Shown piece after piece: positions 28,478-37,983 of a DNA stretch of 64,000 nt. A program made the position numbers and the translations under genes. The stretch spans positions 134,903 through 198,902 of the forward strand of contig JAUYNJ010000001.1 in assembly GCA_030696105.1 (NCBI GenBank), in the 5' to 3' direction. A model generated the notes under the pieces. It made no database searches. It saw nothing but the letters and a program-made list of their open reading frames with translations, and had not been told where the DNA came from. The stretch comes from a bacterium (lineage in GTDB: Bacteria; Patescibacteriota; Patescibacteriia; Patescibacteriales; UBA12465). How positions within the stretch are numbered: the stretch's first letter is position 1; every line of letters starts with the position of its first letter.

Positions 28478-28506
28478 CTATATCATATTTATTAAATTCT
28501 GTCAAC
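28478..28506 (-). promoter_or_regulatory. sigma70-type promoter TTGACA-N17-TATAGT
   Basis: Minus strand: TTGACA 28506-28501, TATAGT 28483-28478. Confidence 0.4.
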
Positions 28507-28698
28507 TAGTTTATACTCCCGTAACGGCTACCCCTTTTTTTAAACAAAATAGCCTTACATGTTTCCTTAATATTGGTGACTTGCGTGGTCGCTCCGCCTC
28601 AGAATACTGACCGCCGCTTGTCCGCTTCCCAGCAGGGATTACGTATTTATAGCAAAAAACACCCCTTTTTATTGGGATGTTTTTTATTCACTACTAGG

Positions 28699-28770
28699 GG
28701 TGCCTATCGGGAATCGAACCCGAAATAACAGGACCACAACCTGCTGTGTTACCACTACACCATAGGCACC
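28699..28770 (-). tRNA. tRNA-His (anticodon GTG)
   Basis: G-1:C73 extra base pair characteristic of tRNA-His. Anticodon loop TTGTGGT. T-arm TCGGG-TTCGATT-CCCGA. A hairpin plus T-run terminator follows on the minus strand. Confidence 0.85.
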
Positions 28771-28805
28771 ATGTTAATCTTAATTACTTAAGACTCATTA
28801 TTTAA

Positions 28806-28949
28806 TTATTCAGCGTCTCCGCAATGGTGTTCGCAGCGACTGCAGTCACAACTAAAATCCATTGAAAACATGTTTTCAATTTCTTCTCTTGTCTTCTTTT
28901 CGCTTACTGGCTTTACAGCAGCCTTAGCCTTAACAGTTTTCTTTTCCAT
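28806..28949 (-). CDS. possible small Cys/His-rich ORF (47 aa) between two tRNAs
   Basis: ATG ... MEKKTVKAKAAVKPVSEKKTREEIENMFSMDFSCDCSRCEHHCGDAE. There is no clear SD, so it may be non-coding spacer. Confidence 0.2.
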   Translation of the reverse strand: MEKKTVKAKAAVKPVSEKKTREEIENMFSMDFSCDCSRCEHHCGDAE

Positions 28950-28979
28950 ATATAATTGAATTAATGAATTAATTAAACG

Positions 28980-29051
28980 TACGCCCAGTAGGAATCGAAC
29001 CTACGTAACCAGCTTAGAAGGCTGGTGTTCTATCCATTGAACTATGGGCGC
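28980..29051 (-). tRNA. tRNA-Arg (anticodon TCT)
   Basis: Anticodon stem CCAGC/GCTGG with loop CTTCTAA. T-arm GTAGG-TTCGATT-CCTAC. Acceptor GCGCCCA/TGGGCGT with a G1:U72 wobble. Confidence 0.8.
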
Positions 29052-29101
29052 TCCCTTTATCAATTTGATAATACTAGATAAAAAACTGACTGTCAATTAA
29101 A

Positions 29102-29896
29102 TTATTTCTTCTTAATATTAGCCCCGTTCTTTAAATCACGTTGTCTTTTTGCCTCAAAAATGATAATGGCGGCACTAACGGAAACATTTAAGGAGTCGAT
29201 TCCGGTTTGCATGGGGATGATAATATTCTTGTCGGCCTCTTTAATCCAAAAATCGCTTAAGCCAGTTGCCTCCGTGCCCATGATGATTGCTGCGCCCTCT
29301 GACCAATCAACCTCTGTGTATGGGGTCGCGGCTGTTATATTCGTAGCAAGTACTTTTATTTTATTCTTCTTCAGCCAGGCTAATGTTTCCGCTTCATCGG
29401 CGATGGCGACCTGATCGCTAAATACATGACCGGAGCTGGCTTTAATGACGTTGGGATTATAGAAGTCGGTTTGAAGGTTATTGATAATCACCGCATCAAT
29501 GTTAGCGGCGTAGGCGGTCCGCAGCATCGCACCCAGATTACCTGGTTTCTCCACCGCCTCTAAAACCAGAACCAGTGGATTTGCTTTTAATTTTAAATCG
29601 TCCAGTGTGCGGTAGCGGGGCTTAACCAGAGCCAACCAACCATTTGGGTTGTCGGCGTAGGCGGCCTTTTTAAAAACCTCAAGACTAACGGGAGTCGGTA
29701 TAATCGGTGCCTGCTTCCAATCTTCTGTACTTAGTTCAGGACAGTGTAATAGTTCAACAAATTCAAAACCATAGTCAAAGGCGACTTTTATTTCTCTTAA
29801 GCCGTCGACGATAACCAAATCTTGCTGCTTACGTGCTCTGGCTTTCCGTAGTTTAACAATATTTTTTATCAACGTGTTTTGGGGACTGGTAATCAT
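29102..29896 (-). CDS. TrmH/SpoU-family RNA 2'-O-methyltransferase
   Basis: SPOUT motifs LVLVLEAVEKPGNLGAMLRTAYAANIDAVII and IPMQTGIDSLNVSVSAAII. Confidence 0.8.
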   Translation of the reverse strand: MITSPQNTLIKNIVKLRKARARKQQDLVIVDGLREIKVAFDYGFEFVELLHCPELSTEDWKQAPIIPTPVSLEVFKKAAYADNPNGWLALVKPRYRTLDDLKLKANPLVLVLEAVEKPGNLGAMLRTAYAANIDAVIINNLQTDFYNPNVIKASSGHVFSDQVAIADEAETLAWLKKNKIKVLATNITAATPYTEVDWSEGAAIIMGTEATGLSDFWIKEADKNIIIPMQTGIDSLNVSVSAAIIIFEAKRQRDLKNGANIKKK

Positions 29897-30034
29897 ATAT
29901 TTTTACTATCTACAGATTATAGGGTATTTGACAAAATTTCAATACTCTTATGAATTAGTTGCTATATTTTTGTTTTCGTCTTTTTCATTATAGGGAAAAG
30001 TCTGTTATAATGTGGTTGTTATTATATACATATT

Positions 30035-30943
30035 ATGAGTAAAAAAGCCCAAATACGCTATAACCTTCTTTCGGGACAGAGTGTCATTTTTGCCCCTGAA
30101 CGTGAAAAAAGACCTAATGATACCAAAAAAAAGAAGTCTACTGACTGTCCTTTTTGTATTGAGAATGTAGCGAAGAGTAAGATTATTAGCCAAGTGCCGA
30201 CTTCCGGTAAATGGCAGGCAGTGTCAATTAAGAACGTTTTCCCTGTAATGTCAGCTGATAACAAGCAGGCATATGGTTTTCAGGAGGTTGTTATTGATAC
30301 TCCTGCTCATCTAGAAAATTTTTCTGACTTGGGCGTGGAACAAATAGAGGCAGTTTTACGGTTATATCAAGTCCGTAGTGAAAAATTGATGCGCGATAAA
30401 AATATTAAATATATCCTCTGCTTCAAAAATCAAGGCAAAGCGGCAGGCGCCTCCCTTCGACACATTCACTCACAAATATTTGCTTCCACTATTTTGCCTC
30501 CCGATATTATTGAAGAGCGCAAACGGGTTGCAATCTTAAAAGCAGAAAGCAGTCGCTGTCCCTATTGTGACTTAAGTAAACAGGAAGAGCGTGGTGATTT
30601 AGAAATATATAGTGATTCAAATATCGTTGCCTTCTGCCCATTTGCCTCATCCTATCCATATGAGGCTTGGGTTATAACGCGCCGTCACGTAGATAACATT
30701 GCTTTATTAAAAACTTCTGAAATCACTTCTCTTGCTAAAGCTTTGAAATTAATTTCTCAAAAATTAAAAGATTTGGGGTGCGATTTCAATTTTTTCACTC
30801 ATAACGACATTGATAATGAGAATCAACATTTTTATTTAAAGGTTCAACCGCGCCGAGGTGTCTGGGCCGGTGTTGAATTAGGCTCCGGATTAATAATTAA
30901 TACTGTTTTACCAGAAAAAGCCGCTAAGCATTATCGTCAATAA
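30035..30943 (+). CDS. galactose-1-phosphate uridylyltransferase-like (HIT superfamily, GalT type 1)
   Basis: N-terminal zinc site CPFCIEN and nucleotidyl-transfer motif LRHIHSQIF (HxHxQ). Confidence 0.7.
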   Translation: MSKKAQIRYNLLSGQSVIFAPEREKRPNDTKKKKSTDCPFCIENVAKSKIISQVPTSGKWQAVSIKNVFPVMSADNKQAYGFQEVVIDTPAHLENFSDLGVEQIEAVLRLYQVRSEKLMRDKNIKYILCFKNQGKAAGASLRHIHSQIFASTILPPDIIEERKRVAILKAESSRCPYCDLSKQEERGDLEIYSDSNIVAFCPFASSYPYEAWVITRRHVDNIALLKTSEITSLAKALKLISQKLKDLGCDFNFFTHNDIDNENQHFYLKVQPRRGVWAGVELGSGLIINTVLPEKAAKHYRQ

Positions 30944-30951
30944 TAATATAT

Positions 30952-33462
30952 ATGCCCATACCAAAATTAAAAACTGTTTCTTCTCCTAAAGCTGAGTTCT
31001 GGAGAAATAAAGATAAACGAAAATCACCAAGTAGTTGGAAGAAGAAAATTCTACTAGCTCTTGTTATTTTTGCATCACTCGGATTACTTTCATCCTTTAT
31101 TCTTGTGGCCTGGGTTTCCCGTGATCTTCCGGAACCAAACCAACTAATCGATCGTGATGTTGCACAGAGCACTAAAATTTTTGATCGTAGCGGTGAAAAC
31201 GTTCTCTATGAAATTCATGGTGATGAAAAACGTACATTGATGAGCCTGGATGAAATCCCCGACAACGCTAAAAATGCAACTATTGCCATTGAAGATAAGA
31301 ACTTCTACAGACATGGTGGTTTTAGTGTTTGGGCAATGTTTCGAACGCTGGTAACAAATGTTATGTATAACCGCCGCGCCGGTGGCTCAACTTTAACACA
31401 GCAGTTTGTTAAGAACGCAATTCTAACCTCTGAGAAAAAAATTACAAGAAAAATTAAGGAAATTGTTTTAGCGCAACGCATCGAAAAGAAATTTTCTAAA
31501 GATGAGGTCTTGCAAATGTACTTAAACGAAATCCCCTACGGCTCTAATGCTTATGGAATTGAAGCGGCGAGCCAAAAATACTTTGGAAAAAGTGTACGTG
31601 ATATTAACTTAGCCGAATCCGCCTTACTTGCCGCATTAATTCAAACACCAAGTCGCTACTCGCCTTATGGACCCAACAAAGAGCTTTTATTAGGACGTAA
31701 AGATTATGTTCTAACCTTAATGGCGGAACAAGGGTATATCACGGAACCAGAAAAAGAGGCTGCTAAAAGCTATGAGTTTGTATTTCAACAGGCCGAAACC
31801 AGTATTAACGCACCTCACTTTGTCATGATGGTAAAGCAAATTCTTTCCGAAAAATATGGTGAGAGTGAAGTGGAGCGTGGCGGCTTAAAAATTTACACCA
31901 CCCTAGACTGGGATAAACAAAAGTTTGCCGAGGAGGTTATTAAAGAAAAAACTGAGAATTATAAAGAAAAATATAATGCTGACAACGCTTCTCTTGTAGC
32001 CATTGATCCTAAAACTGGTCAGGTCTTAGCACTAGTGGGCTCACGTGACTACTTTAATGATGAAATTAAAGGTCAGGTTAACGTAGCTGATCGACCCCGC
32101 CAACCCGGCTCTTCTTTAAAACCAATAGTCTACGCCGCCTTATTTGAGCAGGGATACACCCCCAACACAAAGTTATACGATGTTGTAACAAATTTCTCCA
32201 CCAACCCCAGCGAACCTTATATTCCTCAAAATTACAGCGGTGGCGAGCTTGGTCCCGTTTCTATTAGACAGGCCTTGGCTGGCTCTTTAAACATCCCCGC
32301 CGTTAAAGCAATTTATCTTGCTGGAATCAATCAAGTTATTAATCTCACTGAAAACCTTGGCTATAGCACTTTATCCGATCGCAGTCGTTTTGGTTTAGCC
32401 CTTGTTTTAGGAGGTGGAGAAATTAAACTGTTAGAGCACACTAATGCTTATAGTGCTTTCGCGCGTGAGGGTAAGGTTAATGAGCTTTCCTACATCCTTA
32501 AAATTGAAGATAAAGACGGAAAAATACTAGAAGAATATCAACAAAAAGAAAGCCGCGCTTTAACAACCGAGACTGCTCGCAAGATTAATAGTATTTTAAG
32601 TGATAATGAAGCACGCGCTTATGTCTTCGGAACAAGAAACACCCTAACACTTGGTAGTCGTCCCGTAGGAGCCAAGACGGGCACCACCAACGATTTTAAA
32701 GACGCTTGGACGATAGGTTACACCCCCTCGCTCGTAGCGGGCGTCTGGGTGGGTAATACCGATAACTCCAAAATGAGCAGCGGTGCTGATGGTAGTGTTA
32801 TTGCCGCACCAATCTGGAATGAATTTATGAAGCGAGCCCTTGGTGACTCGCCGGTTGAAACTTTTAACCCCTGGGATGGTAAAAATACCGGTAAAGCCGC
32901 AATAGATGGTGAAGTATCGGGATCCCGCAAGATTATAGTCGATATCTCAACCGGTCTACCTGCCGGCATTGATACACCCGATGAATTAAAGCAGGAATTA
33001 GAGGTCTTTAATCATCACTCCATTCTTCATTATATAAATCGTGAAGATCCCCTTGGACCCGAACCGGAAAAACCAGAGGCTGACCCTCAATATCTGGTTT
33101 GGGAAGAAGCTATAAGAAAGTGGGCGGAAAAGAATAACCAGGAATCAAATCAGGAGCTTATTAATAACGTTGAACAGATAAAACCAGAAAACACACCGAG
33201 TATTAACTTCATATCCCCTGGCGATGGTGAGCTTGTAAACTCCAATATAATCTTAATTAAGGTTGAGGCAAGCGCGCCGCGTGGCATTAAAACAATTAAA
33301 TATTTATTAAATGATGTTATTCTTGCTGGCGGTGGTTCCGAGTCAGAAATAAATGCTGCTCTTGATGGACTGGAAAATGGTTATCATAAGTTAACCGCCA
33401 CCGCTTGTGATGATGTTGGAAACTGTAACAGCGCTAGTATAAATATAAATTTAGTAAGATAA
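30952..33462 (+). CDS. class A penicillin-binding protein (PBP1A; transglycosylase + transpeptidase)
   Basis: GT51 motif IEDKNFYRHGGFS. Transpeptidase SxxK (QPGSSLKP) and KTGTT motifs. N-terminal TM anchor and a C-terminal extra domain. Confidence 0.9.
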   Translation: MPIPKLKTVSSPKAEFWRNKDKRKSPSSWKKKILLALVIFASLGLLSSFILVAWVSRDLPEPNQLIDRDVAQSTKIFDRSGENVLYEIHGDEKRTLMSLDEIPDNAKNATIAIEDKNFYRHGGFSVWAMFRTLVTNVMYNRRAGGSTLTQQFVKNAILTSEKKITRKIKEIVLAQRIEKKFSKDEVLQMYLNEIPYGSNAYGIEAASQKYFGKSVRDINLAESALLAALIQTPSRYSPYGPNKELLLGRKDYVLTLMAEQGYITEPEKEAAKSYEFVFQQAETSINAPHFVMMVKQILSEKYGESEVERGGLKIYTTLDWDKQKFAEEVIKEKTENYKEKYNADNASLVAIDPKTGQVLALVGSRDYFNDEIKGQVNVADRPRQPGSSLKPIVYAALFEQGYTPNTKLYDVVTNFSTNPSEPYIPQNYSGGELGPVSIRQALAGSLNIPAVKAIYLAGINQVINLTENLGYSTLSDRSRFGLALVLGGGEIKLLEHTNAYSAFAREGKVNELSYILKIEDKDGKILEEYQQKESRALTTETARKINSILSDNEARAYVFGTRNTLTLGSRPVGAKTGTTNDFKDAWTIGYTPSLVAGVWVGNTDNSKMSSGADGSVIAAPIWNEFMKRALGDSPVETFNPWDGKNTGKAAIDGEVSGSRKIIVDISTGLPAGIDTPDELKQELEVFNHHSILHYINREDPLGPEPEKPEADPQYLVWEEAIRKWAEKNNQESNQELINNVEQIKPENTPSINFISPGDGELVNSNIILIKVEASAPRGIKTIKYLLNDVILAGGGSESEINAALDGLENGYHKLTATACDDVGNCNSASININLVR

Positions 33463-33474
33463 TTTCTTCAATAC

Positions 33475-33508
33475 AAAAAAGCCACTGATTATCAGTGGCT
33501 TTTTTAAC
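33475..33508. terminator. bidirectional rho-independent terminator between PBP1A and dnaN
   Basis: aaaaaaGCCACTGATtatcAGTGGCttttttaa. Confidence 0.65.
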
Positions 33509-33517
33509 AGACTCTTC

Positions 33518-34639
33518 CTAATTTCTAATTGGCATTACAATATATAAATAGTTCTCATCGTCAGTAGTGCTTACAGCACAAGGGGTGTTGTTATTAATAA
33601 TCTTAATACTAACTGTATCACTCTCAATAATATTTAACCCATCAAGTAAGTAACGATAATTAATCGTAATATCGTTATCATCGCCGCTCAGGTCTCCACT
33701 TAAATCAATTGAACTCTCACCACTTTGCCCTGATGAAGAAAAAATATTAACTAATCCTTTTTTAAACACCAGCGAAATATCCTGCACCCCAACCCGAGAA
33801 AAAATTGATGATGCTTTTAAGGCTCTAATTAAATCTTGTCTTTTAACTACCATTTCAGTTTTATACTTATCAGGGATAATTTGTTTATAGTCCGGATATT
33901 GACCATTAATAAGGCGTGAGATTAATTCAACCGAATCAAGTGCAAATAATATTTGATTGTCAGCAATATAAATTTTTAAGATATCACTTTCGATTGCTTG
34001 AGGGTCAGCACTAATCCCAGAAATAATTCTTAAAACCTCCTGCACTGTTCTTGCTGGGACAATAACCCTACCTTCGTTTATATTACCACCTTTAACAGCG
34101 AGTTTTCGCTCTGACAGACGATAGCTATCAGTTGCCACTAGTGTTAGGTGCTCCTCATTAAATTCAAATAGAACCCCTGACAACTCTAAGCGGTTGTCAT
34201 TATTAGCAACGGCGAAAGCAACTCCACTTAAGGCCTTTTTAAAATCAAAAATATTAAACTCAGCATATCGTGAGCGATCAATTACTGGGATTAAAGGAAA
34301 CTCCTTAGCTGATTCTCCTTTTATTTTTGTCTTATAGTTACCACACTTCAGCGAAGCCTCATCCTCCTTCTCATTAAATTCAATCTTTTCTGAAGGTAAT
34401 AGGTTTACATAATCACTTATAATCTTTGCATCAACTGTTGTTTCCCCAAGCTCCTCCACCTTTGCTCTTAGTTGATGAGTGATACCAATCTCTAAATTAG
34501 TGCTAACCAACTCAAGACCACTCTCATTTGACCTTATAAGGATATTATTAAGAATAGGTAAGTTTATGTTTTTATTATTAATGTGACTAACAACTGCTAA
34601 TCCTTTTTTTAAGTTCTCCTGCAAGCAGATGAATTTCAT
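33518..34639 (-). CDS. dnaN: DNA polymerase III beta sliding clamp
   Basis: 373 aa with a DnaN-like N-terminus (MKFICLQENLKKGL...). Directly downstream of dnaA. Confidence 0.9.
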   Translation of the reverse strand: MKFICLQENLKKGLAVVSHINNKNINLPILNNILIRSNESGLELVSTNLEIGITHQLRAKVEELGETTVDAKIISDYVNLLPSEKIEFNEKEDEASLKCGNYKTKIKGESAKEFPLIPVIDRSRYAEFNIFDFKKALSGVAFAVANNDNRLELSGVLFEFNEEHLTLVATDSYRLSERKLAVKGGNINEGRVIVPARTVQEVLRIISGISADPQAIESDILKIYIADNQILFALDSVELISRLINGQYPDYKQIIPDKYKTEMVVKRQDLIRALKASSIFSRVGVQDISLVFKKGLVNIFSSSGQSGESSIDLSGDLSGDDNDITINYRYLLDGLNIIESDTVSIKIINNNTPCAVSTTDDENYLYIVMPIRN

Positions 34640-34901
34640 ATATATTATATAATTTATATATATTTAATAAATAATAACAATAAGGGGTGGGGACAATTCA
34701 AAATTGATTGATTCTTTCGCTACTATTAGATGTGAACGCCTGTGATTTAGGTTCTGTGTAGACGGTGTAATTAGGCTTATATCAGGTGGACAGATTCCTG
34801 AGCTATTTAATAAGTGACGCTTGTTAACTATTAGTTAGACCTCTATACACAGCGACATGCACAGTATAAGTAGTGCTTACTAACAGGTAGTCCACAGACT
34901 T
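34640..34901. promoter_or_regulatory. candidate oriC module: AT-rich unwinding element plus DnaA-box-like 9-mers in the dnaA-dnaN spacer
   Basis: A 45-bp pure-AT tract at 34640-34683. DnaA-box-like sites (consensus TTATCCACA): CTATACACA 34843-34851 (7/9), GGTGGACAG 34785-34793, AGTCCACAG 34889-34897, TGTGATTTA 34741-34749. Confidence 0.4.
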
Positions 34902-36299
34902 TTAGTATAATGGGTTGGCGTATAGCTGCTTAATGGACTCTAGGTCTTGCTTTAACTTCTCATTATCATTCTCCTTTACCTCTCTAAGAATTTTGTTATA
35001 AGCGTGCATGGCGGTGGTGTGGTCTCTTCCACCTATTTCTTGGCCGATACTTGGATAAGAGGAACTCAGCTCTTCACGAATTAAGTATATAGCGACCTGC
35101 CGGGGGCCAACCAACTCTTTACGGCGGCTATTACCAGATATTTCTTTCAGACTAACTTCATAAAAACGTGAAACCGCTTCAATAATTTCCTTAGCGGTAA
35201 GTGACTTTGCTTGTAAACTGGAAACATAATCACTTAAAGCGTTTCGAACACTCTTTAAAGTTGGCACCGAGTTGCTTAATTGGTGAATAACAACAACCTT
35301 ATTTAAAGCACCTTCAAGCTCACGAATATTATTCTGAACATTATTTGCGATATAAATTAAGACATCTTTATCAAGTGGAAAACCCTTTTCAATTGATTTG
35401 CGCTCTAAAATTGCAATTTTAGTCTCCATATCAGGTTTCCCAACATCGGCAACCATACCAGACTCAAAACGAGATATTAATCTTTTTTCAATCGCTGGGA
35501 TTGACTTGGGTGGGCGATCTGAGGTCATTACAATCTGTTTATCTCCCTGCTGTAGTTCATTAAAGGTATGAAAAAACTCTTCTTGAGTACCGTCTTTTCC
35601 ACCCATGAACTGGACATCATCAACTAATAATAAATCAACGTTGCGGTAAATATTTTTAAAGTCTTTCGCTTTTCCAGTTTGAACAGCCTGAATATAATTA
35701 TTCGTAAACTTTTCACTGGTTGCGTATAAAATTTTATCAGTATGTTTAGCAACCTCGTTGCCGATGGCTTGTAGGAGATGGGTCTTACCTAATCCAACAC
35801 CACCATAAATAAATAAAGGGTTGTAAGCCTTGCCTAGATTATTTACTACTGCACGGCAAGCAGCGTGAGCTAATTCATTTCCACGCCCAACCACAAAATT
35901 ATCAAATACATATTTAGGATTTAAACCAAAGCGATTAGCGGTAACAGCCTTTACAGTGGTGTCCGGAGTTTGAATTTTAGATTCAGAAACAGAAGCATCC
36001 TCAGTATTTTTTATTTGACGCACATTTAAACCAATATTATTTGAGCCATGGCGCAACTCAATTTTATAAATAATCTCGTGCAGTTTATGCTTCGTAATAT
36101 TTTCTAAAGAGTTTACAATATTCTTGTGATACTTTTCTTCCAACCATTTTTTTACAAATGCGTTAGGTACACAAATAATTGCCCGTCCATCTTCGAAGGA
36201 TGACAGGAAGGTATCTTTAAACCATGTTACAAAATTAACCCGAGAAAGGTTAATCTCTAACTCGCCTAGGGTTGCTTGCCAAATTTGATCATTATTCAT
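34902..36299 (-). CDS. dnaA: chromosomal replication initiator DnaA
   Basis: Walker A GGVGLGKTHLL, AAA+ sensor motifs, and a C-terminal DNA-binding helix (HTTAMHAYNKI). Confidence 0.95.
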   Translation of the reverse strand: MNNDQIWQATLGELEINLSRVNFVTWFKDTFLSSFEDGRAIICVPNAFVKKWLEEKYHKNIVNSLENITKHKLHEIIYKIELRHGSNNIGLNVRQIKNTEDASVSESKIQTPDTTVKAVTANRFGLNPKYVFDNFVVGRGNELAHAACRAVVNNLGKAYNPLFIYGGVGLGKTHLLQAIGNEVAKHTDKILYATSEKFTNNYIQAVQTGKAKDFKNIYRNVDLLLVDDVQFMGGKDGTQEEFFHTFNELQQGDKQIVMTSDRPPKSIPAIEKRLISRFESGMVADVGKPDMETKIAILERKSIEKGFPLDKDVLIYIANNVQNNIRELEGALNKVVVIHQLSNSVPTLKSVRNALSDYVSSLQAKSLTAKEIIEAVSRFYEVSLKEISGNSRRKELVGPRQVAIYLIREELSSSYPSIGQEIGGRDHTTAMHAYNKILREVKENDNEKLKQDLESIKQLYANPLY

Positions 36300-36465
36300 A
36301 AGCCTGATGTTTGTTTCTTTATTATAATGTATAAATACAGGGCTAACAAGCGATTCCTATGTTTACAAGGTGTTTATAATAAGTGCATAACTATTTCAGC
36401 TAAGATTGTTGACCTTTTAAAATATTAGTGTTATGTTAGATATAATTATTTAGAATCATTGTATT

Positions 36466-36603
36466 ATGCCCAAAAGAACGTATCAACCAAATAAGAAGCG
36501 CGCCTCTAAGAAGCACGGGTTCCTGAAACGCATGAGTACTAAGGATGGGCGTGATGTTTTGAAGCGCCGCCGCGACAAAGGACGCGAAGTATTGTCTAAA
36601 TAA
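36466..36603 (+). CDS. rpmH: 50S ribosomal protein L34
   Basis: Translated by hand: [45 protein letters not shown]. It is below the 60-aa cutoff of the ORF track. Confidence 0.9.
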   Translation: MPKRTYQPNKKRASKKHGFLKRMSTKDGRDVLKRRRDKGREVLSK

Positions 36604-36616
36604 CTGGCTTTTCGCC

Positions 36617-36952
36617 ATGTTGCCAAGAAAATACAAATTATCTCTCAATAAAGATTTTGAAAAAACATTTAAGGCCGGCCGTAGTGTATACGGGCGGTTT
36701 TTAGGCTTTAAAATCATCAAAAATAATCTAGACTATTCTAGATTTGGCGTAGTGTTAGGAGTAAAAATAGAAAAAAGTGCAGTTAAAAGACATGTGTTAA
36801 AAAGGCGCGTTTATACAATATTAGAGAAGGTGCAGCTTAATTTATCAATTCCTTCTGATTGTGTTATAATTGCTTTAGCTGGAATTAAGGACGCCACAAT
36901 CACTGAACTTAGGCACGAAATTCTAGAAACGTTCGCTAAAATCAATAAATAA
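36617..36952 (+). CDS. rnpA: ribonuclease P protein component
   Basis: 111 aa and basic. Position between rpmH and yidD. Confidence 0.85.
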   Translation: MLPRKYKLSLNKDFEKTFKAGRSVYGRFLGFKIIKNNLDYSRFGVVLGVKIEKSAVKRHVLKRRVYTILEKVQLNLSIPSDCVIIALAGIKDATITELRHEILETFAKINK

Positions 36953-36956
36953 CGAT

Positions 36957-37214
36957 ATGCTAAAGCTGGTTTCTGCAATAATCGGCAATTTTTTGGTTTC
37001 CGTAATTAAGGTTTACCAAAAAACACTCTCTCCAGACCACGGGGTATTCAAATATAAGCATCCCTACGGTTTTTGTCGTTTTCATCCGACCTGCTCAAAT
37101 TATAGTATTCAGGCAATTGAAAAATATGGGCCACTTCTTGGCTCGCTAAAGGCGACCTGGCGGGTGTTGCGCTGCAACCCATTTAACAAAGGCGGTGAAG
37201 ACCCATTAAAATAA
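36957..37214 (+). CDS. yidD: membrane protein insertion efficiency factor YidD
   Basis: [24 protein letters not shown] ... [12 protein letters not shown]. Confidence 0.9.
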   Translation: MLKLVSAIIGNFLVSVIKVYQKTLSPDHGVFKYKHPYGFCRFHPTCSNYSIQAIEKYGPLLGSLKATWRVLRCNPFNKGGEDPLK

Positions 37215-37218
37215 CATT

Positions 37219-37971
37219 ATGATCTACTTATTTAACACAATTTTTTACCAACCAATCTTCAATTTACTCGTATTCTTGTATAACTCAGTTACTTTTCAAG
37301 ATTTAGGTATTGCAATCATTCTTCTTACGATAATTATTAAGCTGATTCTTTGGCCATTATCAAGAAAGTCAATCAAGTCACAGCAATCATTACAAACACT
37401 TCAACCCAAGATTGATGCTCTCAAGGCCAAGCACAAAGGTAATCAACAAGAGATGGGTAAGGAAATGATGGCGCTTTATAAAGAGCACAAAATTAATCCT
37501 TTTTCTTCTTGTTTGCCTTTAATTCTACAATTACCTTTCTTTATTGCGGTGTATCAAGTTTTGCGTAAGGGTCTTGATAACAACTTTGAGATGCTATACC
37601 CCTTTATTACTAGACCAGAAGTTATTAACCCCTTCCTACTAGACTTCTTAGATTTATCTAAACCAAATATTTATCTAGCGGTCTTAGCTGGTGCGGCGCA
37701 GTTCTGGCAAGCAAAAATGATGATGGCTAAGCGTGTCGATGTAAAAGCTGGGGGCGAGGGGTCAAAAGATGAAAACATGGCAGCAATTATGAGTAAGCAG
37801 ATGGTTTACTTTATGCCCGCCTTAACTGTGTTTATTGGTATTACCCTCCCGGGTGGACTAACACTTTACTGGCTAACCATCACCTTGTTGACCGTGTTAC
37901 AACAAGTACTGATGGCAAGAAAACAACCAAAAAATGACCCACCAGCCATTGAGGGTCAAATCATTAAATAA
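37219..37971 (+). CDS. yidC: YidC/Oxa1-family membrane protein insertase (short form)
   Basis: 250 aa with 5 TM helices. Last gene of the rpmH-rnpA-yidD-yidC cluster. Confidence 0.85.
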   Translation: MIYLFNTIFYQPIFNLLVFLYNSVTFQDLGIAIILLTIIIKLILWPLSRKSIKSQQSLQTLQPKIDALKAKHKGNQQEMGKEMMALYKEHKINPFSSCLPLILQLPFFIAVYQVLRKGLDNNFEMLYPFITRPEVINPFLLDFLDLSKPNIYLAVLAGAAQFWQAKMMMAKRVDVKAGGEGSKDENMAAIMSKQMVYFMPALTVFIGITLPGGLTLYWLTITLLTVLQQVLMARKQPKNDPPAIEGQIIK

Positions 37972-37983
37972 ATATATTTGTAC

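Noticed and set aside
28555-28645. GC-rich element as SRP (4.5S) RNA
   Set aside because: SRP-like words GGUCAG and GGAAGC occur but in reversed order relative to the domain IV consensus, so it is not a match.
28980-29051. tRNA-Arg(TCT) G1:U72 wobble as evidence of a pseudogene
   Set aside because: The rest of the cloverleaf (D, anticodon and T arms) is canonical. A terminal G:U is tolerated, so it is kept as a functional tRNA.
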